DNA from: Raja brachyura
Lineage: Eukaryota
Assembly: GCA_963514005.1 (NCBI GenBank)
Contig: OY740782.1
Coordinates: 51,088,001-51,152,000, forward strand
Reading direction: 5' to 3'
Length of the DNA stretch: 64,000 bases
A program made the translations under genes and the position numbers. Below, one piece after another: positions 36,588 to 50,204 of the stretch; position 1 is the first letter of the stretch; each line of letters opens with the position of its first letter. Under the pieces are notes generated by a model. The model was not told where the DNA came from and searched no databases. It saw nothing but the letters and a program-made list of their open reading frames with translations.

Positions 36588-36745
36588 AAAGTTTGTTGAC
36601 CGTTGTGATTCTGAAAATCCTTGATGATTTTGGTGTAGTTTGCCAGTAATTTGTTTCCTAATTGAAGATCTGCAAACTGGTTTAGATGTACTTGCTTCAA
36701 ACCTTATTTTTGAATTATAAGAAGTCCAGATACGACCTTGGTAAG

Positions 36746-37193
36746 TGTTACGACTCCCAAAGACTGGTTCCTCAGAGTCGCGTAACAAATCAAAAACCAG
36801 GGTCAAGTTTATATAAAAAAAACAGTCTTTAATTGTAACAGTAAACAAAACCCGAACCTGATTTTAAAGAACACGGTCAGGGTCCAGAATTGGCTATAAA
36901 ATAATATATAATGGTGCTCCAGCCAGCCCTTAATGGACCGTCGGACTGCAGACTCTAAACTGCCTATATAGCCCTAACTCTACAACCAAAAATACCCGAA
37001 AACTCTCAGGTCATCCCTTCCGTCCCAATAGAACATTAATTTACAAAAGTATATCACAAATATACAAAGTGCAGTGCCATGCGGCCAGGCCTCATGCAGA
37101 TCAGCCCGGCACCACTTCCTCCAGAGATCTATCTTGAAGAGAGAGAGAATTCTGGGAGCTTCTGCCTTTTAAAGCTCCCAATGAGTCATCTGC
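36746..37193 (-). mobile_element. Probable solo LTR (interrupted by the Rex element; remainder at about 38043-38077)
   Basis: Begins TGTTACG and the far piece ends CATAAC. Minus-strand ATTAAA near 36828 and TATA-like TTTAAAAG near 37168. Confidence 0.5.
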
Positions 37194-38042
37194 TGGGGAT
37201 GAGTCAGAGTACAGAAGAGAGATCGAGCAACTGTCCATATGGTGCCAGCACAATAACCTGGCCCTCAACACCAGCAAAACCAAGGAACTGATTGTGGACT
37301 TTGGAAGGAGTAGGATAGGGACCCATAGTCCCGTTTATATCAACGGGTTGATGGTTGAAAGGGTTAAGAGCTTCAAATTCCTGGGCATGCACATCTCTGA
37401 ATATCTTTCCTGGTCCGAGAACACTGATGCAATTATCAAGAAAGCTCACCAGCGCCTCTACTTCCTGAGAAGATTACGGAGAGTCGGTTTGTCAAGGAGG
37501 ACTCTCTCTAACTTCTACAGGTGCACAGTAGAGAGCTTGCTGACCGGTTGCATTGTGGCTTGGTTCGGCAACTTGAGCGCCCTGGAGAAGAAAAGACTAC
37601 AAAAAGTAGTAAGCACTGCCCAGTCCATCATCGGCTCTGACCTTCCTTCCATCGAGGGGATTTACCGCAGTCGCTGCCTCAAAAAGGCTGGCAGTATCAT
37701 CAAAGACCCACACCATCCTGGCCACACACTCATCTCCCTGCTACCTTCAGGTAGAAGGTACAGGAGCCTGAAGACTGCAACGACCAGGTTCATGAATAGC
37801 TACTTTCCCACAGCCATCAGGCTATTAAATCTGGCTCGGACTAAACTCTGATAACTAATAACCCATTATCTGTTATTTGCACTTTATTTGTTTATTTATT
37901 CAAGTGTGTGTATATTTATATATGGTATGTGGACACACTGATCTGTTTTGTAGTAAATGTCTTCTATGTTCTGTGTGCTCAAGCAAAGCAAGAATTTCAT
38001 TGTCCTATCAGGGACCTATGATAATAAACTCACTTGGACTTG
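37194..38042 (+). mobile_element. Rex1/Babar-like LINE 3' portion, young (open frame)
   Basis: GDESEYRREIEQLSIWCQHNNLALNTSKTKELIVDF...HQRLYFLRRL...LLPSGRRYRS...NSYFP, then aataaa and a cttggacttg tail. Confidence 0.9.
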
Positions 38043-38079
38043 AACATTGCAGCATCCCTTCACAACTGACCATAACTTA

Positions 38080-38914
38080 GGGGCGGCATGGTGGCGCAAC
38101 GGTAGAATTGCTGCATTATAGAGCTTGCAGTGTCGGAGATCCGTTTTCAATCCCGACTAGGTGTTGTCTGTATGGAGTTTATACGTTCTCCCCGTGACCG
38201 CGTAGGTTTACTCGGAGATCTTCGGTTTCCTCCCACACTCCAAAGAAGTACAGGTTTGTAGGTTAATTGGTTTGATACTATATGTGTAAATTGTCCCTAA
38301 TGTGTGTAGGATAATGTTAATGTGTGAGGATCGCTAGTTGGTGCAGACTCATTGAAACATAGAAACATAGAAATTAGGTGCAGGAGTAGGCCATTCGGCC
38401 CTTCGAGCCTGCACCGCCATTCAATATGATCATGGCTGATCATCCAACTCAGCATCCCGTACCTGCCTTCTCTCCAAACCCTCTGATCCCCTTAGCCACA
38501 AGGGCCACATCTAACTCCCTCTTAAATATAGCCAATGAACTGGCCTCAACTACCCTCTGTGGCAGAGTTCCAGAGACCCACCACTCTCTGTGTGAAAAAA
38601 GTCCTTCTCATCTCGGTCCTAAAGGATTTCCCCCTTATCCTTAAGCTGTGACCCCTTGTCCTGGACCTCCCCAACGTCGGGAACAATCTTCCTGCATCTA
38701 GCCTGTCCAACCCCTTAAGAATTTTGTAAGTTTCTATAAGATCGCCTCTCAATCTTCTAAATTCTAGAGAGTATAAACCGAGTCTATGCAGTCTTTGTTC
38801 ATAAGACAGTCCTGACATCCCAGGAATCAGTCTGGTGAACCTTCTCTGCACTCCCTCTCGATGGGCTGAAGGGCCCATTTCCACACTGTATCTCTAAAGC
38901 TAAATAAAAATTAA
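38080..38914 (+). mobile_element. tRNA-derived HE1/V-SINE-like element split by a CR1 insertion
   Basis: A-box tggcgcaacggta, B-box-like gttttcaatccc and core gttctccccgtgacc. The 3' part gatgggctgaagggcc...tgtatctctaaa resumes at about 38858. Confidence 0.85.
38354..38857 (-). mobile_element. CR1 LINE 3' end nested in the SINE
   Basis: ORF 38546-38884 reads QRRFTRLIPG...LRGDLIETYKI...FFTQRVVGLWN, with a (gaaacata)n tail. Confidence 0.93.
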
Positions 38915-39333
38915 ACCTGCACTTGCTCAAAAAATGGCTGATAGTGTAAGCGAAAGTAGGTTGGATTGAGTTGTTGAGCGTCCCTGAATTTCTAATTCTG
39001 AATCCCAGAACTTTAGTTCTGCAAGAAATAACCATCCTCAGTCTTGGGTTACTTAAAAAAAAAGTGAAATTGGGGACACAAGAGATTTATTATCTTTATC
39101 ACCAAAAAGCAAAAAACAATTTGGTCCTAAATTTTAAAAGGACCTTTTAACGTGTTAAATGTGATATCCCAACCCAAAGTGACACTGATGCTGTCTGACC
39201 CGCTGGGTTACTTCAGCACTTTATGTGTTACATGTGGAACAGACACCCAGAGTTCAATCTGCAACGTTTACTTCCCCCTTTCTGAAAAGTTAAGAAAAAT
39301 ATTGATTCATACATTTTTGTTTGACATTTGCAG

Positions 39334-39990
39334 AATTCTCCAGCATTTCAACACCAACCCAGAAGAATACACAATCATTTTTACATCGGGATGCACAGCT
39401 GCTCTTAAATTAGTAGCAGAAAGCTTCCAGTGGACTTGTGCAGAGTCTGGAGAATCAAGGAGTCGGTTTTGTCACCTGACTGATAACCACACTTCTGTGG
39501 TAGGTATGAGAGGATTATCTGTTCCAGCTGGTGCTCTAACTCTTCCAGTAAACCTGGATAAAATTCATAGAGATAAAAACACTCTGCATAAAAAGATATC
39601 CATGGCCAAGGAGGAAAATTGCCGCATTCACCATCTATTCTGCTACCCTGCTCAAAGTAACTTCTCAGGGACAAAATATCCACTTTCTTGGATCAGCGAC
39701 ATTAAATTAAAAAAATTGTATCCTTTCAGCAGAATTCCCGGAACGTGGAATGTGCTGGTGGATGCAGCCTCATTTGTGAGCACCTCACCACTCAACCTCA
39801 GTTTATATCAACCAGACTTCATATCCATCTCATTTTATAAAATTTTTGGATTCCCAACCGGCCTAGGAGCTCTTTTGGTGAAGAATGAAAGTGGACACAT
39901 GCTGGGAAAGAAATATTTCGGAGGAGGAACAGCAGCTTCTTATTTGTCATCAGAGGATTTCTTCGTCCCAAGGCAGTCAGTCAGTGAAAG
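39334..39990 (+). CDS. MOCOS: Molybdenum cofactor sulfurase, coding exon 4 (657 bp; PLP-binding NifS-like domain)
   Basis: tttgcag|A...AG|gtaagg. Reads ILQHF...IIFTSGCTAALKLVAESF, LTDNHTSVVGMR, LFCYPAQSNFSG, VLVDAASFVSTSPL, SFYKIFGFPTGLGALLV (PLP lysine) and YFGGGTA. Confidence 0.99.
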
Positions 39991-41119
39991 GTAAGGTTTT
40001 CTTCTTTCGGAAGGAAAATAAAGCACCCTGACATACTTTGGATTATTTTGAGTGGTTAATTTGAAAGTGTATTCGTATGGTATGTATTATTGCCAGCAAC
40101 TAATTTTTTAATAACCCATTTATTTTAGCATCATCACATGTGAAGATTTTACAAGAGGTTTTTGAACAAGAGCTTTTTGTATTCTTGTGCTCATTTTCCA
40201 ATGGTTAGAGATTTTTTAAACTACTTTCAGTTCACTAGCACTGCTTTTTAGATATGTCAGGAAAAGGGTGTTTTGAATATTAAGCCCTCAAAACTGCACA
40301 GTGTTCATGGACTAACCAGGCCTGGTCTGCTCTCCCATACTCTTCCGAGACTTGAATTAAGTATTGGAGAGAAACCACTAACATTGTTTCTTTAATGTCC
40401 CCCAAACCCATAGGTAGAATAAGTAAACTAATATCAATGTTTCTTCTGAGCACCGAGGCCTTTACCCCTGTCAGTTTCATTCGACAAATGATGTTCTCAT
40501 ACTCAACACTAGTTTATTTTATTGTTGTTGTGTATACTGAAGTATGGTCAAAATCTTTTTTGATGCCTGCTATCCAGTCAGCAAAAATATTATACATGAA
40601 TACAATCAAGCCGCAAATGGACAGCAAGAAAAGACTGAAGAATGTTTTCAATGTCTTCTGCAAAAAGCATAACTTGCATGTGAACTCTTGGGAATTCCTG
40701 ACTGTTCATAGTGGAGGAGGAGAGTTCGGGTTAGCATTTGCTACCTCGATCTTTGAGTCAGGAACACAGATACCTATGATAAATGACAATACGATAGCAT
40801 CAACTCCCAAACTACCTGACTCATCAGGCACGATCTGCATATGTGTGGCAGAGAATTCAAGTCCAACACTAGCCTCACTGGTCAATACACAGAACTGGAA
40901 AGCAATTGATTTATTCTCAATCTTGAGAATGGCTACATTTGAAGGAGAAGTAAAAGAATTACAATATTATCATAATGCCATAAATATTTGCTTTCAAAGC
41001 ACTGCATGATATACAAATATAAGAAGACTATTCTCTTGATATTTGTCTATTCACATTTTTACTCAAGCAATTTATCAACATTTTAATAAGTTAACCTTCT
41101 GAACACTGATGTGACTCAT

Positions 41120-41420
41120 TGGTGCAGCAAATGGTGTTGCTACCTCATAGCTCAGGTGCTGACTGCGTGGCGTTTGCATGTTATCCCTGTGAGCACCATG
41201 GGTTACCCTGCATGCTCTGAACTACTCCCATATTCCATAAACAAGCTGGTTAGTGATTAATTGGCTAGTGTAAATTACCCCAGCTACAGGTGGGTGGTGA
41301 GATAATCAGGGTAGAGCTAGTGTACATGTAATAGGAATATGTTAGAGGGAAATTATGGGAAAGTGAGATTGTGGGAATATTTGGAGAGCTCTTCCAAACT
41401 GGATGTGTAGAATGGCCTAT
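41120..41420 (+). mobile_element. Old tRNA-derived SINE, degenerate
   Basis: tggtgcagc...gcgtttgcatgttatccctgtga...ccatattccataaac core. Confidence 0.55.
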
Positions 41421-41769
41421 ATTGCAAAATATATTTAAAAATATAAAAAATACTATGTAAAAGATATAACATACGTCAGTAAATAGGAAATTTGAAGGTC
41501 TTGACTACAATGCAAAGTTGATTCATCCAAATCTGGCTTGCTGCAACAATTGGATTCACCTAGGCCAGATATCAGGAGGCCATATGTGCCCAAGAACCGT
41601 AACCAAACACACCCCAATAATGATGAAGCAGGACTGTAGTGAGGGGTTGCAGGGGCTTTTCTCCAATGCAAGCATGCCAAACCAATGTACTTTTAGTCTG
41701 TTGAACATCTCTGCTGCGTAAGATGGAACAATAATACAACCATTAGTGAGAAAGGTCTTTATTCTGAAG

Positions 41770-41997
41770 TTGAAGTCTGTGGAATTCTGTGCCTCAGAGG
41801 GTGGTGTAGGCCGGTTCTCTGGATGCTTTAAAGAGAGAGCTAGATTGGGGTCTTAAAAATAGCGGAGTCAGGGGATATGGGGAGAAGGGAGGAACGGGGT
41901 ACTGATTGGGGATGATCAGCCATGATCACATTGAATGGCGGTGCTGGCTCAAAGGGCCAAATAGCCTACTCCTGCACCTATTGTCTATTGTCTATTG
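41770..41997 (+). mobile_element. CR1 LINE 3' end
   Basis: ctgtggaattctgtgcctcagagg...ctcctgcacctattgtctattgtctattg. Confidence 0.88.
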
Positions 41998-42494
41998 AAG
42001 GCATTTGAAATTGAGGGATGAGCTGTCTGTCAGAATTGAAGTTGCAAATCTGTTACAATCTGCAAATCTGTTGACCTCATAAATTCCCTGCATGAAGAAA
42101 TCATGCATCTTTGTCATTTCTTCAACATACGTCTGTTCCAAATGTCAATAGCAAATATCAGTAGTTTAAGGCTACACTTTTGACACTGCAGAGTCCGTGA
42201 ATTCTACTAACTTGATAAGACCACAAAGCCTTTTCTTTTAACTATGTCCAGATACCCTAAACATGTCAGTCTCCTGGGCCCATTACTACTTCCATGTGTT
42301 TAGTTGCAATGAACACACTTTCCATTATCATTAAGATTCCTAGCCACTTAAATTTCTACTAAAGTATCAATCTTGCAATAGGATGCAAGTCCTCATCGTC
42401 CAATGGGCAAGCCTATGGTGTGACATATTTTAGTGTGTGGCTTGCTACAGTATTAAAATTAGATAGTCAACCCAGGAATGAAGCACGAGTATCT

Positions 42495-44520
42495 AGTCAA
42501 GAGTGTTTTATTGTCATATGTAATGAAATGGAAAGATTAACTTCTTACTTGCAAATGGTACTACTATGGTAAATATAGTAGAATATAACCGAACATAAAA
42601 AAGTTCAATAAATAAAAAAAAAACAAAGTCCCGAGTGCAACCAAGGCAGTTTGCAGTTTAGTTGGAGATTGTAGTGTTTTGTAGCCTAATGGTTATTGGG
42701 AAGAAGCTGTTCCTCAACCTGGTTGTTAATTTTCAAACTCCTGTACCTTCTTCCTGATGGCAGGAATGACAGAGTGTGGCCAGGGTGGTATGGGTCCTTG
42801 CTGATGCTGTCTGCCTTTTTGAGACAGCACCTCCAATAGATCCCTTTGATGGTGGGGTGGTCAGTATCCGTCGGGGACCAGGCAGTGTTCCGCACTTTTT
42901 GTAATTATCTTCATTCCTGGGCATTCGAGTTGCCAAACCAGGCCATGATACAACCAGTCAATATGCCCGCCACCATATCCTGTGGAAGTTCCAGAGTATT
43001 TGTTGACATAACAAACTCCTCAAACCTTTAAGGAAGTAGAGACATTGACGGGCTTTATGATTCCTTTATTGTGCTGGGTCCAGGACAGATCCTCAGAGAA
43101 ATGTACGTCTAAGAATTTAAAGTTGTTGACTCTCTCCACCACTGACCTTGTGATGAAGACATGTTTTGTAGATCCTCTTCTAAATTCAACAATCAGTTCC
43201 TTGGTTTTACTGACTTTGGGATAATGCTTGATGTCCTGGAACCATTCAATTAGACGATCGATCTTCTTCCTATAGTCTGACTCATCATTATGCATAATTT
43301 GTGCAACAATGGTGATGTCTTCAGTGATTTCAAAGATGGAACTGTATCCGGTTACACAGTCATGGATATAGAGTGATTAGAACAATGTCTGAACATTCAG
43401 CCTTGAGGATCCTCTGCGATGATGGTTAATGAGGAGGAAGTAATTGTTTGCCAATTCATACCTGGTGTGTTCTGCTGATGTGGAAGTCCAGGATCCGGTT
43501 GCAAAGGAATGCACAGAGACTCAGTCACCCAAGCTTGGTAACAAGTTTGAAGGTGTTGATCGTTGAGCTGTGGTTGATGAACAACTGCCTGACGTATGTG
43601 TTTTGTATTGTCCAAGTAATTCAGTGCAGAGTGGGAGAGCCAGCAAGATCGCATTCCTGCTCATCTATTGTGGTGATAGGCAACTTGTAGTGGGCCCAGT
43701 TTCTTGCCGAGGTAGTTGATATGCGCCATTACCAACCGCTCATAGCACTTTTTCACCATGGACATTAGTGCCACCGGTTGCCATTGAAGAATGTCACCTC
43801 ATTCTTTTTAGGCACGGGTGTTATTAACGTCCATTTAAAGCAGATAAGAACATCAGAACTCAGTAATGAGAAGTTGAAGATGTCCACAAAAACTCCAACC
43901 AGTTAGTCCATACAGGTTTTTGAGAACTCGACCATCAGGTCCAGATGCATTCCGATGGTTCGCTCTGCTGAAGGATCTTCTGATATCGGCCTCGGTGAGT
44001 GAGATTGCAATACCTTTGGGCGCATTGGGGACCTGAGAAGGCAGTGTTCTCCCTATTTTAGTGTGTGTAGAATGCATTGAACTCATCTGGGACTGATGCC
44101 TCACTGTCACTTGAGCTGCCACTTGATTTTGCCTTGCAGGAAGTAATGGCATGCAAGCCATGCCACAGCTGCCAAACATTTATCTTATCTTCCAATTTAG
44201 AGCAGAAGTCCCTCTGAGCATTTTTTATGACCTTGATAAGTCCATATCTGGACTTGTATGAATCTGTGTTAGCAGATTTGAATGCCCGAGATCTGGCCCT
44301 CAGAGGTTTGCAGACCTCTTGGTTCATCCAAGGCATCTGGTTGGGGAGCACACAAATGGTTTTCACGGGAACATATGCCTTCGCACATTTCGTTATGAAG
44401 TCAGTAGCAACTGTGGCATATTCGTTCAGGTCCATTGCTGAGACCTTCAACATTGCCCTGTCTACTGACTCCAAGCAATCACGGATTCATTCCTCTGACC
44501 AGCTCGGTGCAGTCCTTTGT
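42495..44520 (-). mobile_element. Rex1/Babar-like LINE, 5'-truncated, decayed
   Basis: Minus ORFs give PNQMPWMN, ASGPDG, SKTKELIVEFR and FLPSGRRYRS, with an agtcaagagtgttttatt tail. Confidence 0.88.
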
Positions 44521-45517
44521 GTGTAATCTCAACAGATGTAGGCACTGGCTGTAACTTGGTGGTAGCTTCTTCACTTCTAAGTTTTGGGCTAAAGTCCCTT
44601 TTCAGAAAATTGAGCATAAAAAATTAGGCTAACACTCCTTTGCAGTATCAGCAGAGATCAGTGCTGCTGAAGACATCAAATAAAATGATAAACTGAGACT
44701 TAATTAGCATGAACGGATGGAATTCAAGCAGCTCCACTCAGAATTTTAAAGCAGTAAAATTCCTGATAGGATCCTACTTAATTTTATTTTCCAACATTAC
44801 TCAGAAGGATTATGTGATTATCATGATAATCTTTATGGGATATTTGTATTTGCCAAATTGGCTGCTGTGTTTCCTAGATTATTGAAATATTTGCACAAGA
44901 CTATTAAATTGGTTGTAAAACAATGTCTGCAAATCATGAACGAATACACCGCTTTCCATTAAAGCTTATGATGTGAAATCATGGTACAAACTTTATCTAT
45001 AAACACACAATTTGATTAATCATGTTAAACTGTATTACTGTGCCATTGATATGAGAAATGGTCTTGACAGTAATAGTTTGGACTTCTCCAGCTTTTCCAC
45101 CTTAAACCAGCTTACCTTTCATTTTTGTCTCTCAAAGTTTGGGAATTTTGCGAACTTGACAATAATAGTTTCATGATTGAGTTACTCTGCAAAATAAAAC
45201 CATGTCATAATACAAACGAAATGCGTAACCAAATAGTCTATGGAATTTAAAGTTCATGAAAGTAGAATGGCAGTTACAGAGACTAGTCAACTCTGTTTCA
45301 CTTATGCATGCCCTGGAAATAGTTATTATAGATATGTCATATTAAACTGTTAATCTATTTAACAAAGGGATAAAAGCCAAAATGATATTGCCCTTTCACA
45401 TAATTTAACTATTCATTTTGGTAAATCAATATATGGAATTTGGTGATCTGACCTAGCCAGAAAAATTGAGGATGGTTCATAGGAAGATTGTAATCTCTCT
45501 GTACAAGCAGGTGCTAA

Positions 45518-47588
45518 ACATAGAAACATAAAAAATAGGTGCAGGAGGAGGCCATTCGGCCCTTCGAGCCAGCACTGCCATTCATTGTAATCATGGCTGA
45601 TCGTCCCCTATCAATAACCCGTGCCTGCCTTCTCCCCATATCCCTTCACTCCACTAGCCCCTAGAGCTCTACCTAACTCTCTCTTAAATCCATCCAGTGA
45701 CTTGGCCTCCACTGCCCACTGTGGAAAGGAATTCCATCAATTCACAACTCTCTGGGTGAAAGTTTTTTCTCACCTCAGTCTTAAATGACCTCCCCTTTAT
45801 TCTAAGACTGTGGCCCCTGGTTCTCGCCCAACATTGGGAACATTTTTCCTGCATCTAGCTTGTGTAATCCTTTTATAATTTTATATGGTTCTATAAGATT
45901 CCCCCTCATCCTAAACTCCAGTGAATACAAGCCTAGTCCTTTCAATCTTTCCTTATATGACAGTCCCACCATCCCAGGGATCAATCTCGTGAACCTATGC
46001 TGCACTTCCTCAATCACAAGGATGTCCTTCCTCAAATTAGGAGACCAAAACCGTACACAATACTCCAGATGTGGTCTCACCAGAACCCTATACAACTGCA
46101 GAAGAACCTCTTTACTCCTATACTGAAATCCTCCTGTTATGAAGGCCAACATTCCATTAGCTTTCTTCACTGCCTGCTGTACCTGTAAGCCAACTTTCAG
46201 TGACCGGTGGACAAGGACGCCCAGGTCTCACTGCACCTCCCCCTTACTTAACCTAACCCCATTGAGATAATAATCTGCCCCCTTGATTTTGCCGCCAAAG
46301 TGGATAACCTCACATTTATCTATATTATACTGCATCTGCCACGCATCTGGCCACTCAATCAACCTGTCCAGGTCACCCTGCAACCTCCTAACATCCTCTT
46401 CACAGTTCACACTGCCACCCAGCTTTGTGTCATCCGCAAACTTGCTAGTGTTGCTCCTAATTCCATCTTCTAAATCATTAATATATATGGTAAACAGTTG
46501 CGGCCCCAACATCGAGCCTTGTGGCACTCCACTCGCCACTACCTGTCATTCTGAAAAGGACCCGTTCACTCCTACTCTTTGCTTCCGGTCTGCCAACCAA
46601 TTTTCTATCCATGTCAACACCCTACCCCAAATACCATGTGCTTTAATTTTAGTCACCAGTCTCCCATGCGGGACCTTATCAAAGGCTTTCTGAAAGTCTA
46701 GATACACTACATCCACTGGCACCCCTTCATCCATTTCACTTGTCTCATCCTAAAAAAAAATCCAGAAGATTAGTCAAGAATGATTTCCCTTTCATAAATC
46801 CATGTTGACTTGGACTAATCCTTTTACTGCTATCCAAATGTCCCATTATTACCTCTTTAATAATTGACTCCAGCATCTTTCCCACCACCGAAGTCAGGCT
46901 AACTAGTCTGTAATTCCCCGTTTTCTCTCTCGCTCCTTTCTTGAAACGTGGGATAACATTAGCTATCCCCCAATCCCCAGGAACTGATCCTGAATCTATT
47001 GAACATTGGAAAATGATCACCAATGCGTCCACTATTTCTAGAGCCACCTCCCTGAGGACCTTGAGATGCAGACCATCAGGTCCAGGGGATTTATCATCCT
47101 TCAGTCCCATTAGCCTACCCAATACTATTTCTCGCCTAATGAAAATTTATTTCAGTTCCTCTACCCCCTTAGATCCTCTGTCCTCCAGTACATCTGGAAG
47201 ATTGTTTGTGTCTTCCTTAGTGAAGACAGATCCGAAGTACGAATTCAACTCTTCTGCCATTTCCTTGTTGCCCATAATAACTTCACCCGTGTCTGCCTTC
47301 AAGGGACCCACATTTGACTTTGCTATTCTTTTTCCCTTAACATTTCTAAATAAGCTTTTACTGTCCTTCTTTATATTCCTGGCCAGCTTCCCTTCGTACT
47401 TCATCTTTTCAGCCCGTATTGCCCGTTTTGTTTCCTTTTGTAGTCCTATGAAAGTTTCCCAATCCTCTCGCTTTCGGCTACTCTTTGATGTGTTATACAT
47501 CTTTTCTTTTAGTTTTATTCTATCGCTAACTTCTCTTGTCAGCCACGGTTGCCTCCTACTCCCCTTAGAACCTTTCTTCCTTTTTGGC
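45518..47588 (-). mobile_element. CR1 LINE (about 2 kb ORF2 3' portion), lightly decayed
   Basis: KSPGPDGLH, NYRLVSLTSV, QHGFMKGKS, VYLDFQKAFDKVPH, SGVPQGS, KFADDTK and RPHLEYC motifs with an aacatagaaacata tail. Confidence 0.96.
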
Positions 47589-47811
47589 TGTACTAGAATC
47601 CCTTGTACAATTCTAGGCATTACAAGGATATCTAGTGAATTCAGAAAGATTTGAGTAATTGAAAAGTATTGGGATTGGAGCACCAGGTGTGCTGTATTTT
47701 TGAATTCCAAATTCTGTGATCAGAACTTATCCTCTTACAGTCATTGTAGTAAAAAATTCAGTGTTGATCTGCTTCATTTTGTATCCGACAACAAAAAAAA
47801 CACTTGTTTAA

Positions 47812-47920
47812 GATGGAACTGCAGATGCTGGAAAATCGAAGGTAGACAAAAATGCTGGAGAAACACAGTGGGTGTGGCAGCATCTATTGAGAGAGTTTCT
47901 CCAGCATTTTTGTCTACCAA
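47812..47920. mobile_element. Short palindromic Penelope-terminus-like element
   Basis: ggtagacaaaaatgctggagaaac ... gtttctccagcatttttgtctacc inverted arms. Confidence 0.55.
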
Positions 47921-49029
47921 CAAAAAAACACTAATGTCCAATTAATAATAAAAATGAAATGCTAGTATACTAAGCAGAAAAGGCCACAGACAGATTCTAT
48001 AGGTAGAAAAACACAATCAAAGCAGGCTCTGCCAGGTGAAGGTATTCACCATTTCAGATAAATAATTGTAGGACCTTGACTGCTCCTGCCTAAGTTAGTA
48101 ATACAGTGCATGTCGATTACTGGTAAAAAATTACATAATATCCTTGGAATAAATTGATAGTTGATATTAGTGGTGATTTATTGAATGAGATATAGTAATG
48201 GATTTGTTCCGTGTAGTTAATGACAAAAGAAGAAAAAATACTTTTCCCTTTAGTCTCAGCCAAAATTGTATTGAATTTTAAATCGTTTTTTTTCACTCTC
48301 AAATTTTATGTCAACAATGCACAGCAAAGTTAGCCCAAAATAGTGTGGCTCACCATAACCTCTTCGGCAAAAAACACTCCTATCATTTATTCAAGAAACC
48401 CAGTTGATTCCAATAATGCATTTCCTTTATTGATTTTGTTATTGAAATGGTGACTAAATGTTTCATCTGTGGAAGTTGTTTGGACATATCCAAAGGTTTT
48501 ACATCGAGAAATATGTTATGCTGTGCATGATGGAGTAATGGCTGACAATGGGGTCCTCCCAGGAATTGCACTTATAAGGTGTTACTGGTTTGGAGGCCAA
48601 ACTGTTTTTTGTTTAAATTGTGCATAGGAATCAGGTGCCCTGGCAAAGATTGTAATTTATATCCATTCCTAATTGCCTTTGAGGTGGCTTTCTCAAACCG
48701 TTGAAGTCCTTGTGCAAGTTCTTATGATGAAAATATTTCTGCATTGTTATTAGGAAGTAGGTGTTTGAAATTTAAAGCTGTAAAAATGAAGGAATAGCAC
48801 TATATTTTGAAGTGGGTTTCTTGTGTGACTTGAAGAAAACATTGAACTATGCGATGCTGGTCTTATCCATCAATAACAGGAATGACTGTCGAGGAAGGCT
48901 TAGCTAATTGCTGCAGATAGTGCACATGTGTAATATGAAAGATTAGCACTCCCCTTGTTTGGGGTAGATGGAGCCCCAGTGCCCTTACAATAAATACATA
49001 AATGGTTAAGGCATTGTCATCTAAAGACA

Positions 49030-49228
49030 GTACAGTGGCTCCGGTTTCCTTCCACATTTGAAAGATAGGCAGGTTTGTAGGTTAATTCGCCTCTATAAAT
49101 TGCCCTTAATGTGTAGGGACAGGATGAGAAAGTGAGAAAACATAGAACTAGTGTGAATGGGTGGTCGACGGTCATCGTGGGCTCGGTCAGCTGAGGGCCT
49201 GTTTCCTTGCTGTATCTCTAAACTAAAA
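49030..49228 (+). mobile_element. HE1-like SINE, 3' half
   Basis: ccggtttccttccacat...aggtttgtaggttaatt...gggcctgtttcc...tgtatctctaaactaaa. Confidence 0.8.
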
Positions 49229-49689
49229 ATCATCGCCATAGAGTACCTGTGATGGAGAGAAGAGGGGATAGATGTTAGTGTTGGAAATAGGATGCAAATC
49301 AATCAGATTGTTTCCTGGATGCCGTTAAGCTTGAGCGAGAATATTCTATTACATTTGTGCTTTATGTTTTTATGGATGGTGGAAATGGATGTCTTCTTTT
49401 GCAGGACTATTCAGACACATATATCCTTGTAAACACAAAAATTATAAATCTAACCCAATAAAATGTTTAAAGGTGATCCCAGGCTAATGATAGTGGGGGC
49501 TTCAGCGTTGGTAATTATATTGAATATTAATGTGAACTAGCTGGTCTCTCTCTCTCTTTCTCATTGGGGATAGTTTAAAATGCAAAATTGGTCTGAGAAA
49601 CAAATAACCAGCAATAATTTCAGCAGATCTGACTTTGGGTCTTTGACCTACAAAGTTAACTTTCTTATTCCAAAACCTCAACTGTTGAA

Positions 49690-49915
49690 GAGCCTGTCCC
49701 ACTTGGCGATTTTTTTTCCAGTGTCATTGACTGACGTGTCAGGGTCGCCGAAAGATTTTGAACATTTCAAAATCCAGTGGCGACAAAAAAATGTTGTGAC
49801 ACTTCAGGAAACACCATGCGTCAATACGTCATCATGCCGCGACCTTTTCGGTGACCTGATACGTCAGTCAATGATGCTGGCAGTCGCCAAAAAAATCGTC
49901 AAGTGGGACAGGCCC
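49690..49915. mobile_element. Harbinger-like MITE
   Basis: TIRs gagcctgtcccacttggcgattttttt / aaaaaaatcgtcaagtgggacaggccc with a palindromic interior. Confidence 0.85.
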
Positions 49916-50204
49916 TCGTGTTTCCAGCATCATCGTTCTTTTCATTTTTGAACCATCAACAGACTAAAGGAACCAATTAACTTTATTTCAAGGCCAGTGC
50001 CGTTAAATCAAGTTGCGGTTTATCAAGTTGCTCAAACCATTTTGTCAGATTTTTTTTTTGGTGCCAAAATGGGCGGTATGTGGGCCAGAGTGCTATGAAA
50101 GTTAAAGTAACTGAAGAAATTGTTGTAAATTGTAGCTTGCTCTCCAAATTTGACATCAGATGGATCTGTTATCTTAGTGGTTTGAGCATGGGCAGAATCG
50201 CAAT

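Noticed and set aside
38080-38160. tRNA-like sequences (also 52555 and 57945)
   Set aside because: They are SINE heads with A/B boxes that continue into the SINE core and tail. No complete cloverleaf is present.
39152-39333. N-terminal extension of the 280-aa ORF upstream of exon 4
   Set aside because: This is intronic read-through that includes a repeat remnant. Homology begins at the AG acceptor at 39333.
40395-41009. 204-aa plus-strand ORF in intron 4
   Set aside because: It has no recognisable motif and runs through a retroelement tail remnant (about 40510-40610). I treated it as a chance ORF; BLASTP would settle it.
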